Positions 45,416-54,421 of a DNA stretch of 64,000 bases are shown here, in pieces (the stretch's first letter is position 1; the number at the start of each line of letters is the position of its first letter). A program made the translations under genes and the position numbers. This DNA is from Alphaproteobacteria bacterium. Lineage in GTDB: Bacteria > Pseudomonadota > Alphaproteobacteria > UBA828. A model generated the notes under the pieces. That model searched no databases. It was not told the DNA's origin and worked only from the letters and a program-made list of their open reading frames with translations. The stretch spans positions 416,001 through 480,000 of the forward strand of contig CBDCQT010000011.1 in NCBI GenBank assembly GCA_965220745.1, in the 5' to 3' direction.

Positions 45416-47043
45416 CCGACAACGGGCGCCTCGCCGCCACGCGGTATGTGGCGCTGGCGCGTTGGGTCGGCGCCGCATCCGGTTGGCGCCGGTCGGGGAT
45501 CGCCGCCGGCCTCGGCGCCGTCTCGGCGACCGCGCTTCCGCCGGGGCACGCGCTCCCCCTGCTGGTGGTCTCGTTCACGGGCCTGGTCTGGCTGATCCAC
45601 GCCAGCCGCTCGCCGTGGCGCGCCGCCGTCGCGGGTTGGTGGTTCGGCTTCGCTCACTTTCTCTTCAGCATCTACTGGATCGGCGCCGCCATGCTGACCG
45701 ATCCCTCGCGCTTCGGCTGGATGGTGGCGCCGGCGGTGATCGGGCTTTCGGCCGGCTTCGCGCTCTTCCCGGCGCTGGCTGCCTTCGCGGCACGGCTGCC
45801 CGCCCTGCCGCTCGCGGGCCGCGTTCTCGCACTCGCCGTCACCTGGACAGCGGCCGAGTGGCTGCGCGGCAACATCCTGACCGGCTTTCCCATGAACCTG
45901 ATGGGCACGGTCTGGATGCCGTCCGTGGGCATGATCCAGTCCGTAGCGGTAGTCGGGGTCTATGGGCTGAGCTTCGTGACCGTGCTCGCTGCGGCGGCAC
46001 CGGCGGTGCTGGCGACACCCGGCACGGACGAGCGCCCCCGCCGCCAGCGCTGGCTGTTGCCCGCCATCGCGTTCGGGTTGCTGGCGGCGATCTGGGTCGG
46101 CGGGCAGGCGCGCCTCGCGCTGGCGCCCGATCACGCGCCGACCGAGGTGAACCTCCGCCTGGTTCAGGCCAACATCGATCAATCACGGAAGTGGGAGGAC
46201 GGAGCGCGCGAGGCGGGGCTCGCGCACCACGTCGTGCTCTCGCACGAGCCGGGGCTCGCCGAGACCGACGTCGTGATCTGGCCGGAGACGGCCGTGCCCT
46301 TCTTCATGGATGAGAGCGCGACGATCCAGGCATTCGTCTCGCGGGCCGCGCCCCCTGGCGGCTATGTGATCACCGGCGCACCCCGGCGCACCCGTTCGGC
46401 AGGGCGAACGATCGCCGTCTGGAACAGCCTGCATGCGCTAGGCCCGGCGGAAGCCATCACGGCGTCCTACGACAAGCACCACCTGGTGCCGTTCGGCGAG
46501 TACATGCCGCTGCGCGGGATCATCAATCTGCGGGCGATTGCGGCGGCCGGAACGGTCGACAGCTCCCCTGGGCCGGGGCCGCGCACGCTCAGTCTGCCGG
46601 GCGTGCCGCCCTTCAGCCCGCTGATCTGCTACGAGGCGATCTTCCCCGGCGAGGTGGTGGCCGATGACCTATCGCCGGCGGAGCGGCCGCAATGGCTGCT
46701 CAATGTCACCAACGACGCCTGGTTCGGGCACACCGCCGGGCCCTATCAGCATTTTCAGGCGGCGCGCATGCGGGCGGTCGAGGAGGGCATGCCGCTCGTG
46801 CGGGCGGCGAACACCGGCGTCTCCGCCGTCGTCGATTCCTACGGTCGCGTGGTGGGCCGGCTCGGGCTCGGGGAGATCGGCGTGCTCGACGCGCCGCTGC
46901 CGCCCGCGCTCGCGGCGCCGACGCCGATGGCCCGGTTAGGGGGGTGGATCCTCGCCATTCTCCTGCTCCTCGCCGCGGCTGCGACTCTCGCCATCGGCGT
47001 CCAGCATTGGTTGCGCAGCAAGCGGCACGGTCAGGGCGAGTAA
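45412..47043 (+). CDS. lnt: Apolipoprotein N-acyltransferase
   Basis: [28 protein letters not shown]. Confidence 0.96.
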   Translation: MTDNGRLAATRYVALARWVGAASGWRRSGIAAGLGAVSATALPPGHALPLLVVSFTGLVWLIHASRSPWRAAVAGWWFGFAHFLFSIYWIGAAMLTDPSRFGWMVAPAVIGLSAGFALFPALAAFAARLPALPLAGRVLALAVTWTAAEWLRGNILTGFPMNLMGTVWMPSVGMIQSVAVVGVYGLSFVTVLAAAAPAVLATPGTDERPRRQRWLLPAIAFGLLAAIWVGGQARLALAPDHAPTEVNLRLVQANIDQSRKWEDGAREAGLAHHVVLSHEPGLAETDVVIWPETAVPFFMDESATIQAFVSRAAPPGGYVITGAPRRTRSAGRTIAVWNSLHALGPAEAITASYDKHHLVPFGEYMPLRGIINLRAIAAAGTVDSSPGPGPRTLSLPGVPPFSPLICYEAIFPGEVVADDLSPAERPQWLLNVTNDAWFGHTAGPYQHFQAARMRAVEEGMPLVRAANTGVSAVVDSYGRVVGRLGLGEIGVLDAPLPPALAAPTPMARLGGWILAILLLLAAAATLAIGVQHWLRSKRHGQGE

Positions 47044-47885
47044 GACCAGGGTGGCACCCCCCCACTAATCACGGTCGCGAGGATCAACGCGAAGGCGGCA
47101 GCGGCGAACGAGTCGCCCCGGTCCAGAATGCCGCCGTGGCCGGGGATCAGACGGCCCGAGTCATCCGCGCCGACGCGCCGCTTGAAGGCGGACTCGGCGA
47201 GGTCGCCCAGCTGTCCCACGATCGAGCCGAGCACGCCGGCGACCGCCAGCACGGCGAGGGTCGGGCGTTCCGCCACCCAGCCGGCGAGCGGCATCAGCCA
47301 ACCGAGCAGGATGCTCGCGCCCACCGCCGCCGCCACGCCGCCAACCGCACCGGCCCAGGTCTTGGCCGGGCTGATGCGCGGCGCGAGACGCGGGCCGCCG
47401 ATCGTTCGCCCGGCCAGATACGCGCCGGTGTCGCTCGCCCAGACCACGGCGAACAGCCAGAAGACCGTCGCGCGACCCGCCGCGTCGTCCCCGCGCAGCG
47501 TGAGCGAGGCGACGACGAGAAGGAGGATAATGCCGGCGCCCGCCAGTCCCGCCGCGCGCACGCGCAGCTCGCCAGGTTCTGCGCCTGCGACCACGAGAGC
47601 GGCCGCCGCAGCGGCGCCGGCGGCGGCAACCGTTCCGATCACCGCGAAGAGCGCGCAGACCGCGATCAGACCTGTGATGCCGACCGCCGCGGCGACATCA
47701 ATCGCCGGCCGGCCGAGCAGCCTGCGCCATTCGAGCCAGGCGAGCACGCCCGCCGCTCCCACTGCTGCGATGAAGACGGGGCCGCCGAGGTAGGCCGTAC
47801 CGAGCGCAACGGGCACGAGCACCGCAGCCGACGCTGCGCGCAGGCCAAGGCCGCCCGCGCCGCCTCCCGCTTGCGGGTCCGTCAT
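47031..47885 (-). CDS. cdsA: Phosphatidate cytidylyltransferase
   Basis: WASDTGAY, ISPAKTW, GDLAESAFKR...DSG.LIPGHGGILDR. Confidence 0.93.
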   Translation of the reverse strand: MTDPQAGGGAGGLGLRAASAAVLVPVALGTAYLGGPVFIAAVGAAGVLAWLEWRRLLGRPAIDVAAAVGITGLIAVCALFAVIGTVAAAGAAAAAALVVAGAEPGELRVRAAGLAGAGIILLLVVASLTLRGDDAAGRATVFWLFAVVWASDTGAYLAGRTIGGPRLAPRISPAKTWAGAVGGVAAAVGASILLGWLMPLAGWVAERPTLAVLAVAGVLGSIVGQLGDLAESAFKRRVGADDSGRLIPGHGGILDRGDSFAAAAFALILATVISGGVPPWSYSP

Positions 47886-47894
47886 GCCCGATTC

Positions 47895-47913
47895 TGCCAC
47901 ATCAATGCCACAT
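47895..47913. promoter_or_regulatory. Tandem direct repeat TGCCACAT-N3-TGCCACAT, possible winged-helix (OmpR/PhoB-type) binding site
   Basis: Two identical 8-mers at an 11-bp period, just upstream of a -10-like GCCATATCGT. Confidence 0.4.
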
Positions 47914-47930
47914 TCGACGGCCATATCGTC

Positions 47931-48028
47931 TTGCGGGTGACGGTGAAGCGCTTCGTCCCTCCCGCTGTCTCCCAAACGACTGGTCGGTCCTCCAGCTGGG
48001 GCGGTCCTCGCGACCGCCCCAGTTTCTT
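47931..48028 (+). ncRNA. Candidate small regulatory RNA with anti-Shine-Dalgarno motifs
   Basis: 5' hairpin at 47933-47965; CCCTCCC, CTCCC and CCTCC motifs; intrinsic terminator with no upstream plus-strand CDS to explain it. Confidence 0.5.
47994..48028 (+). terminator. Rho-independent terminator
   Basis: Perfect 11-bp stem CTGGGGCGGTC/GACCGCCCCAG, 5-nt loop, followed by TTTCTT. Confidence 0.75.
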
Positions 48029-48148
48029 GTCGGCATGGGCCACCCATGCGTCTTGCGCCGGCGCCTCGGCTGGGGCTCGTGCGCGCCGTTCCGGCTATGC
48101 GGATGATGGGATAGCATGGCGCCCCTTTGCCGACCACGGGACATCGCC

Positions 48149-48583
48149 ATGCCGATCACGCCGATCCACCATATCCCCCTCAAGCCGGAATACCACAGCC
48201 CCTTCAGCGCCGCCTTCGCGGTCGAGGACGCGAGGCTGTTGCTCTTCTCCGGGTGCGGTCCGATCCCGATCTATCACGCGCACCCGCACGACCCGGTGGC
48301 CGAGGCCGAGTGGTTGGCAGGCGGCATCCGCGTGCAGACTGAGAAGACCTTCGCCAACATCGGCACCATTCTGGAGGCGGCGGGGGCCGACTTCTCCCAG
48401 ATCGTCAAGCTCAATATCTATCTCACCGACATGTCGGGGCAGAACGTCGTGAACGAGATATCCGCCCGGCACTTCGATCCGGCGAATCCGCCGCCGCGCA
48501 CCCTCGTCGGCGTGACCGAGCTCGCCCATCCCGGAATGCTGATCGAGATCGAGGGCATGGTGGCGACGCCGCTCGGAAACTGA
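48149..48583 (+). CDS. RidA/YjgF/UK114 family protein
   Basis: QTEKTFANI..ILEAAG, IVKLNIYLTDM, PPRTLVGV..L..PGMLIEIE. Confidence 0.9.
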   Translation: MPITPIHHIPLKPEYHSPFSAAFAVEDARLLLFSGCGPIPIYHAHPHDPVAEAEWLAGGIRVQTEKTFANIGTILEAAGADFSQIVKLNIYLTDMSGQNVVNEISARHFDPANPPPRTLVGVTELAHPGMLIEIEGMVATPLGN

Positions 48584-48701
48584 GAAATAGTTCGGCCGTT
48601 TGATCGGGTCTACGGGCAGCGGCACAATAAGCGACAAGAAGAACGAACAACGGCGGAAATCGCGCACCGCCCGGTGGGCGGACGGAGAACGGGAGGCAGT
48701 C

Positions 48702-49778
48702 ATGCAGAACGGAGCAATCAAGGTGCTCGTGGTGGGCGTCGGCAACATGGGGCTCAGCCACGCGCTCGCTTACGACAAGATCGATGGCTTCGAGCTCGTC
48801 GGGCTGTGCAGCCGGAGCATCCGCGGGCGCAACGACCTGCCCGCCGAGCTGGCGTCGCTGCCGCGCTACGAGAACGTCGACGAGGCCCTCGCCGAGTCCC
48901 GGCCCGATGCGGTCTCGATCAACACCTATCCCAACACCCACGAGGAATTCTGCCTCAAGGCGTTCGATGCGGGCTGCCACGTCTTCGTCGAGAAGCCGCT
49001 GGCCACCACCGTGGAGGGTGCCCAGGCGGTGGTGGACAAGGCGCGCGCGACCGGCAAGAAGCTGGTCATCGGCTACATCCTGCGCGTGCACCCCGCCTGG
49101 ACGGAGTTCATCGCGCGCGCACAGACTCTCGGCAAGCCGCTGGTCATGCGCATGAACCTCAACCAGCAGAGTCGGGGGCCGGCCTGGAACTGGCACCGCA
49201 ACCTGATGGAGTCGCTCACGCCCATCGTCGATTGCGGGGTCCACTACGTCGATGTCATGTGCCAGATGACCGGCGCCCAGCCGGTCCGCGTGCACGGCGT
49301 CGGCGCCCAGCTTACCGACCAGACCAAGGTGCAGAACTACGGCCACCTCCACGTCGAGTTCGACGACGGCTCGGTGGGCTGGTACGAGGCCGGCTGGGGC
49401 CCGATGATGAGCGAGGTCGCGTTTTTCGTGAAGGACGTGGTCGGGCCCAAGGGCTGCGTCAGCATCGTCATGCCGCAGGAGGGGCAGGATCACGCGGCCT
49501 CGGACGATATCGACTCGCATACAAAGACCAACGCGCTGCTCTGCCATTCGAGCGAGATCGACGAAGCCAACAACTTCGTGCACGAGGACGAGTGGGTCGA
49601 CATGGCCGACGAGCCCACGCATCAGGAGCTGTGCGACCGCGAGCAGGAATTCCTGCTCAAGGCGATCCGCGAGGACGTCGATCTTTCCGAGCACATGGAT
49701 AGCGCGGTCAACAGCCTGCGCATCGTCATCGCCGCTGACGAGAGCATCAAGCGGCGGGAGGTCGTGCACCTCGGCTGA
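48702..49778 (+). CDS. Gfo/Idh/MocA NAD(P)-dependent oxidoreductase
   Basis: VGVGNMG Rossmann motif, HVFVEKP, DCGVHYVD. Confidence 0.92.
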   Translation: MQNGAIKVLVVGVGNMGLSHALAYDKIDGFELVGLCSRSIRGRNDLPAELASLPRYENVDEALAESRPDAVSINTYPNTHEEFCLKAFDAGCHVFVEKPLATTVEGAQAVVDKARATGKKLVIGYILRVHPAWTEFIARAQTLGKPLVMRMNLNQQSRGPAWNWHRNLMESLTPIVDCGVHYVDVMCQMTGAQPVRVHGVGAQLTDQTKVQNYGHLHVEFDDGSVGWYEAGWGPMMSEVAFFVKDVVGPKGCVSIVMPQEGQDHAASDDIDSHTKTNALLCHSSEIDEANNFVHEDEWVDMADEPTHQELCDREQEFLLKAIREDVDLSEHMDSAVNSLRIVIAADESIKRREVVHLG

Positions 49779-49842
49779 GGGGCACGGGGATGCGGCGAGG
49801 CACTTAAGGGAAGGCCCAGGGGAGGCCAAGGGGAGGCACAAC

Positions 49843-51270
49843 ATGGCATCGGCAGATCTCGAGCTTTGCTATCTGACGGCGACCGAGGCGCTGGAGCGCT
49901 TCAAGGCGCGCACGCTCTCGCCTGTGGAGCTGCTGGACGCGCAGATCGCGCGTACGCAGGAAGTCAATCCCAAGCTCAACGCCATCACTTACGACTATTT
50001 CGACCGCGCGCGCGAGCAGGCGCAGAAGGCCGAGGCGAAGTACGGGAAGACCGATGGCCGGCTCCGCGCTCTCGAAGGGGTGACGGTGGGCATCAAGGAC
50101 TTCCACCCGGTCAAGGGCGAGATCACGACCATGGGCTCGAAGATTTTCGAGGATTTTCGGCCCGACTACTCAGCGGCGACGGTGGACCGGCTGCTGCGCG
50201 CTGGCGGCATCATGCACCTGCGCACCACGACGCCGGAGTTCGCCTATTCCGGCAACACCCACAGTCCGCTCTGGGGCGTTACGCACAACCCGTGGAACCT
50301 GGACTACACCCCCGGCGGCTCCTCTGGCGGTGCGGGCGCGGCGGTCGCCGGCGGCATGACCACGCTGGCCGACGGGACGGACGGCGGCGGCTCGATCCGC
50401 ATCCCGTCATCCGCCTGCGGCCTCTTCGGCTACAAGCCGCCCTTCGGCCGCAACCCGCTGGACCGCGACCATCCGCTTGAGACGATCCTGCACTACGGCC
50501 CCATGGTCCGCAGCGTCGCCGACGCCGCGCTGATGCAGAACGTCATGTCCGGCCCGCATCCGGACGACCTGTGCAGCCTGCCGAACAAGATTCGGCTGCC
50601 AACCACTTACGATGACATCCGCGGCTGGAAGGTCGCCTTCTCCATGAACCTCGGCTACTTCGAGGTCGACCCGGAGGTGCAGGCGAACATGCGGCACGCG
50701 GCGGACGTGCTGCGCGACCTCGGCTGCGAGGTCAATGAGGTCGACGTCGGCTTCAACTGGGGCGTCCAGGATTGCTGGATGACCTGGTGGGAGGGTCTTT
50801 TCGCCGGGATCGCGGGCCACCTGCTGCCCCGCTGGCAATACGAGATGGACCCCTTCGTGGTCAGGCTGCTGGAGAAGGGCATGACCCACAGCGCCGCGCG
50901 CCTCTACCAGTGCCAGGTGTTCCGCGGCTGGATGTGGGAGCAGCTGCAGCCGATCCTCAAGCGCTACAACTTCCTGATCTGCCCGACTCTGGCGGTGCCG
51001 TCGGTCAAGGCCGACCAGAACGACGCGGACCCCAATTTCCAGATCAACGGGGTGCGCGTGATGGCCTATGTCGGCTGGATCTGCACCAACCCCTTCAACC
51101 TGCTGAGTCAGTGCCCGGTGATGAGCGTGCCGACCGGCTTCTCCTCATTCGGGGTGCCGACCGGCATGCAGGTCGTGGGCCGGCCCTACGACGATCACTC
51201 CGTGTTCCGCGCGGCCGCCGCCTTCGAGGGCGCGACCCAGCCCTGGCAGAGCAAGCGGCCCGCGATCTAG
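49843..51270 (+). CDS. Amidase signature family enzyme, copy 1
   Basis: IKD (catalytic Lys), PGGSSGG, GTDGGGSIRIP. Confidence 0.94.
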   Translation: MASADLELCYLTATEALERFKARTLSPVELLDAQIARTQEVNPKLNAITYDYFDRAREQAQKAEAKYGKTDGRLRALEGVTVGIKDFHPVKGEITTMGSKIFEDFRPDYSAATVDRLLRAGGIMHLRTTTPEFAYSGNTHSPLWGVTHNPWNLDYTPGGSSGGAGAAVAGGMTTLADGTDGGGSIRIPSSACGLFGYKPPFGRNPLDRDHPLETILHYGPMVRSVADAALMQNVMSGPHPDDLCSLPNKIRLPTTYDDIRGWKVAFSMNLGYFEVDPEVQANMRHAADVLRDLGCEVNEVDVGFNWGVQDCWMTWWEGLFAGIAGHLLPRWQYEMDPFVVRLLEKGMTHSAARLYQCQVFRGWMWEQLQPILKRYNFLICPTLAVPSVKADQNDADPNFQINGVRVMAYVGWICTNPFNLLSQCPVMSVPTGFSSFGVPTGMQVVGRPYDDHSVFRAAAAFEGATQPWQSKRPAI

Positions 51271-51380
51271 GGCGCGCGCAACACGGCCGCCGGCGGCGGG
51301 AAGGGTCGTGTACCGCGCGTAAGCGGCGGAGCCACAAGGCCGAGGACGGCGCGCGGCGGTACTGCGGCGGGAGGTGAGTC

Positions 51381-52814
51381 TTGGCATCGGCGGATCTGGA
51401 GCTTTGCTATCTCTCGGCGAGCGAGGCGCTGGAGCGCTTCAAGGCGCGCACGCTCTCGCCCGTCGAGCTGCTGGACGCGCAGATCGCGCGCACGCAGGCG
51501 GTCAACCCCAAGCTAAACGCCATCACTTACGACTACTTCGACCGGGCACGCGAGCAGGCGCAGAAGGCCGAGGCGAAGTACGGGAAGACCGACGGCCGGC
51601 TGCGTGCGCTGGAAGGCGTGCCAGTCGCAATCAAGGACTTCCACGCGGTCAAGGGCGAGATCACCACCCTCGGCTCGAAGATCTTCGAGGATTTTAGGCC
51701 GGACTACACCGCGCCCACGGTGGACCGGCTCCTGCGTGCCGGCGCCATCATGCACATGCGCTCCACATCGCCGGAGTTCGCCCACTCGGGCGCCACTCAC
51801 AGCCCGCTCTGGGGCGTCACGCGCAATCCGTGGAACCTGGAGTACACCCCCGGCGGCTCTTCCGGCGGCGCGGGCGCGGTGGTCGCAGCCGGCATGGCGA
51901 CGCTTGCCGACGGCACCGACGGCGGCGGCTCCATCCGCATCCCGGCCGCAGCCTGCGGCCTCTTCGGCTACAAGCCGCCCTTCGGCCGCAATCCGCTGGA
52001 CCGCGACCATCCCTTCGAGACCATCCTGCACTACGGCCCGATCGTCCGCACCGTGGCCGATGCCGCGCTGGTGCAGAACGTCATGTCCGGCCAACACCCG
52101 GAGGATCACCGCTCCCTGCCGGGCCGGGTCCGGCTGCCGGCCAGCTACGCGGGAATTCGCGGCTTCAAGGTCGCCCTCAGCATGGATCTCGGCTACCTCC
52201 AGGTCGATCCGGAGGTGGAGGAGGCGACGCGGCGCGCGGCCGCGCTTTTCCGCGAGCTCGGCTGCGAGGTGGAGGAGGTCGAGCTCGGCTGGGACTATGG
52301 CGCCCTCGACATCTGCGTGACCTGGTGGGAGGGCATCTTCGCAGGCCTCGTCGGCCAATACCTGCCCCGCTGGCAGTACGAAATGGATCCCTTCGTCGTG
52401 AAGCTGGTGGAGCGGGGCCTCGGGCTCAGCGCTGCCCGCCTCTATCAGTGTTACGAAGCGCGTGGCCGGATGTGGCAACAGCTGCAGCCGATCCTCAAGT
52501 CCCACGATATCTTGATCTGTCCGACGAATACGGTGCCGGCGGTCAAGGCCGACCATGACAATGCGAACCCGGATTTTCGGATCAACGGGGTACGGGTCAT
52601 GGCTTACGGCGGCTGGATCGCGACCTACGGCTTCAATCAGGTGAGCCAATGCCCGGTGATGAGCGTGCCGACCGGGTTCTCCGCCAGCGGCGTGCCGATC
52701 GGCATGCAGATCGTGGGGCGGCCCTACGACGACCATTCCGTGTTCCGCGCATCTGCTGCCTTCGAGGCCGCGACCCGGCCCTGGCAGAGCAAGCGGCCCG
52801 CGATCGAGGAGTAA
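51381..52814 (+). CDS. Amidase signature family enzyme, copy 2 (tandem paralog)
   Basis: Same catalytic motifs; TTG start with GGAGG RBS; colinear with copy 1. Confidence 0.94.
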   Translation: MASADLELCYLSASEALERFKARTLSPVELLDAQIARTQAVNPKLNAITYDYFDRAREQAQKAEAKYGKTDGRLRALEGVPVAIKDFHAVKGEITTLGSKIFEDFRPDYTAPTVDRLLRAGAIMHMRSTSPEFAHSGATHSPLWGVTRNPWNLEYTPGGSSGGAGAVVAAGMATLADGTDGGGSIRIPAAACGLFGYKPPFGRNPLDRDHPFETILHYGPIVRTVADAALVQNVMSGQHPEDHRSLPGRVRLPASYAGIRGFKVALSMDLGYLQVDPEVEEATRRAAALFRELGCEVEEVELGWDYGALDICVTWWEGIFAGLVGQYLPRWQYEMDPFVVKLVERGLGLSAARLYQCYEARGRMWQQLQPILKSHDILICPTNTVPAVKADHDNANPDFRINGVRVMAYGGWIATYGFNQVSQCPVMSVPTGFSASGVPIGMQIVGRPYDDHSVFRASAAFEAATRPWQSKRPAIEE

Positions 52815-52846
52815 GACGTCGCAGGACGCGTTGAGGAGGAGCAACG

Positions 52847-53476
52847 ATGAAGCTTTACAGTTGGGGGGCTGCGCCCAATCCGCGCCGGGTATTGATCTAC
52901 ATGGCCGAGAAGGGCATCGAGATTCCGGTGGTGGAGGCCGGCGAGGGCGCGCATCTCACCGACGACTACCTCGCCCGCTACGACGGGCGCATCGTGCCGA
53001 TGCTGGAGCTCGACGACGGCACGCAGATCGGCGAGGCGATGGCGATCTGCCGCTATCTTGAGGAGGCGTATCCGGCCCCGCCGCTCTTCGGCGTGAACCG
53101 GCGGGACCGCGCGATTGTCGACATGTGGGAGCGCCGCGCCGAGACCGAGGGCTTCGCCGGCGTGGCCGAGGTGTTCCGCAATTCCACCCCGGCGTTCGCG
53201 GGCCGTGGCCTGCCGGGCTTTGCCGAGCCGATCGAGCAGATCGCGGCCCTGGTGGAGCGCGGCAAGAAGCGGCTCGCCCGCTTCTACGGCCGCATCGAGC
53301 GCCAGCTTGCGGACAACCGGTTCCTCGCGGGCTCCCGCTTCAGCGTCGCCGACATCACCGCTCTCTGCATCGTCGACTTCGCGACCAGGGGCGCCAAGGT
53401 CGGGCTGCCGGAGGATCACACCAACGCCCGGCGCTGGCACACCGAAGTCTCCGCCCGTCCGAGCATTGCGTGCTAA
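52847..53476 (+). CDS. Glutathione S-transferase family protein
   Basis: APNPRRV, VPMLELDDG..IGEAMAICRYLE, FSVADI. Confidence 0.92.
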   Translation: MKLYSWGAAPNPRRVLIYMAEKGIEIPVVEAGEGAHLTDDYLARYDGRIVPMLELDDGTQIGEAMAICRYLEEAYPAPPLFGVNRRDRAIVDMWERRAETEGFAGVAEVFRNSTPAFAGRGLPGFAEPIEQIAALVERGKKRLARFYGRIERQLADNRFLAGSRFSVADITALCIVDFATRGAKVGLPEDHTNARRWHTEVSARPSIAC

Positions 53477-53519
53477 CCCGGCGGCGTCGGGGCTGGTTAT
53501 AGAAATTTGGGTAGGGCTC

Positions 53520-53559
53520 TTGCGCTGGCCTATTTGTGTAGCTACAATGAGGCTACGCA
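53520..53559 (+). promoter_or_regulatory. dinJ-yafQ promoter with overlapping operator palindrome
   Basis: TTGCGC-N17-TACAAT; palindrome TGTAGCTACA (53537-53546); inverted repeat TGTGTAGC/GCTACGCA flanking the -10. Confidence 0.7.
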
Positions 53560-53574
53560 TTAGGAGCGAGATAA

Positions 53575-53832
53575 ATGAGCGCTGATTCAGTCGTGCGGGC
53601 TCGTATCGACAGCGATACCAAGGTGCGGGCTACGGAAGCACTCAGCGCCATGGGTTTGACGGTATCAGATGCCATTCGGCTGATGCTGTTGCGGGTGGCG
53701 GACGAGAAGCGCTTGCCCTTCGCGGTTCAGGTGCCGAACGCGACCACCGTCAAGGCCATGAAGGAGCTGGAGGAGGGCAAGGGCAAGCGGTTCGCTAGCG
53801 TGGACGAGCTGTTCGAGGACATCGGCGCCTGA
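53575..53832 (+). CDS. dinJ: Type II antitoxin, RelB/DinJ family
   Basis: VVRARID..K..A...L..MGLTVSDAIR...LPF...PNATT. Confidence 0.92.
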   Translation: MSADSVVRARIDSDTKVRATEALSAMGLTVSDAIRLMLLRVADEKRLPFAVQVPNATTVKAMKELEEGKGKRFASVDELFEDIGA

Positions 53833-53833
53833 C

Positions 53834-54106
53834 GTGCTCATCCCGGTCCGGTCCGCGCAGTTCAAGCGTGATATGAGGCGGCTGCAAAGGCGTGGCAAAG
53901 ACTTGACTAAACTCCGCCAGCCGCTGGCGATGTTGGCTCGGCAAGCCCCGCTTCCCGCTCGCTATCGCGATCACCCTTTGCGGGGCAACTGGCGGGGTTA
54001 TCGCGAATTCCACATCGAGCCGAATTGGCTGCTGATCTACCGCGTCGTGGGAGCCGAGTTGCGGCTGGCCCGCACAGGCTCCCACGCTGACCTCTTCAAC
54101 GAGTGA
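53834..54106 (+). CDS. yafQ: Type II toxin, YafQ family mRNA interferase
   Basis: QFKRD, RDHPLRGNW.GYREFHIEPNWLLIY, RTGSHADLF. Confidence 0.92.
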   Translation: MLIPVRSAQFKRDMRRLQRRGKDLTKLRQPLAMLARQAPLPARYRDHPLRGNWRGYREFHIEPNWLLIYRVVGAELRLARTGSHADLFNE

Positions 54107-54163
54107 TGTCACGGACAGGCCCTGCGGCTTGCCGCGTATCGGGGCACGCCATAGACTCTTTCC

Positions 54164-54412
54164 ATGGGCGAGAGCGGCGAGAAGGACGGCGAGGCGCAGA
54201 CCTTCGAGAGCGCGATGCGCGAGCTCGAAGGGATCGTGCATGAGCTTGAGGCAGGCGAAACCGGTCTCGAAGCGGCCATTGCGGCCTATGAGCGCGGCGT
54301 CAAGCTGAAGACGTTCTGCGAGGAGAAGCTCAGGCAGGCCGAGCTCCGCGTCGAGAAGATCGACAGCGATGCGGCCGGCGCCGCCCGCACGGAGCCGTTC
54401 GAGACCGGCTGA
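54164..54412 (+). CDS. xseB: Exodeoxyribonuclease VII small subunit
   Basis: FESAMRELE.IV..LE.G...LE.AI..YERG..L...CE.KL. Confidence 0.95.
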   Translation: MGESGEKDGEAQTFESAMRELEGIVHELEAGETGLEAAIAAYERGVKLKTFCEEKLRQAELRVEKIDSDAAGAARTEPFETG

Positions 54413-54421
54413 GGGCGCCGG

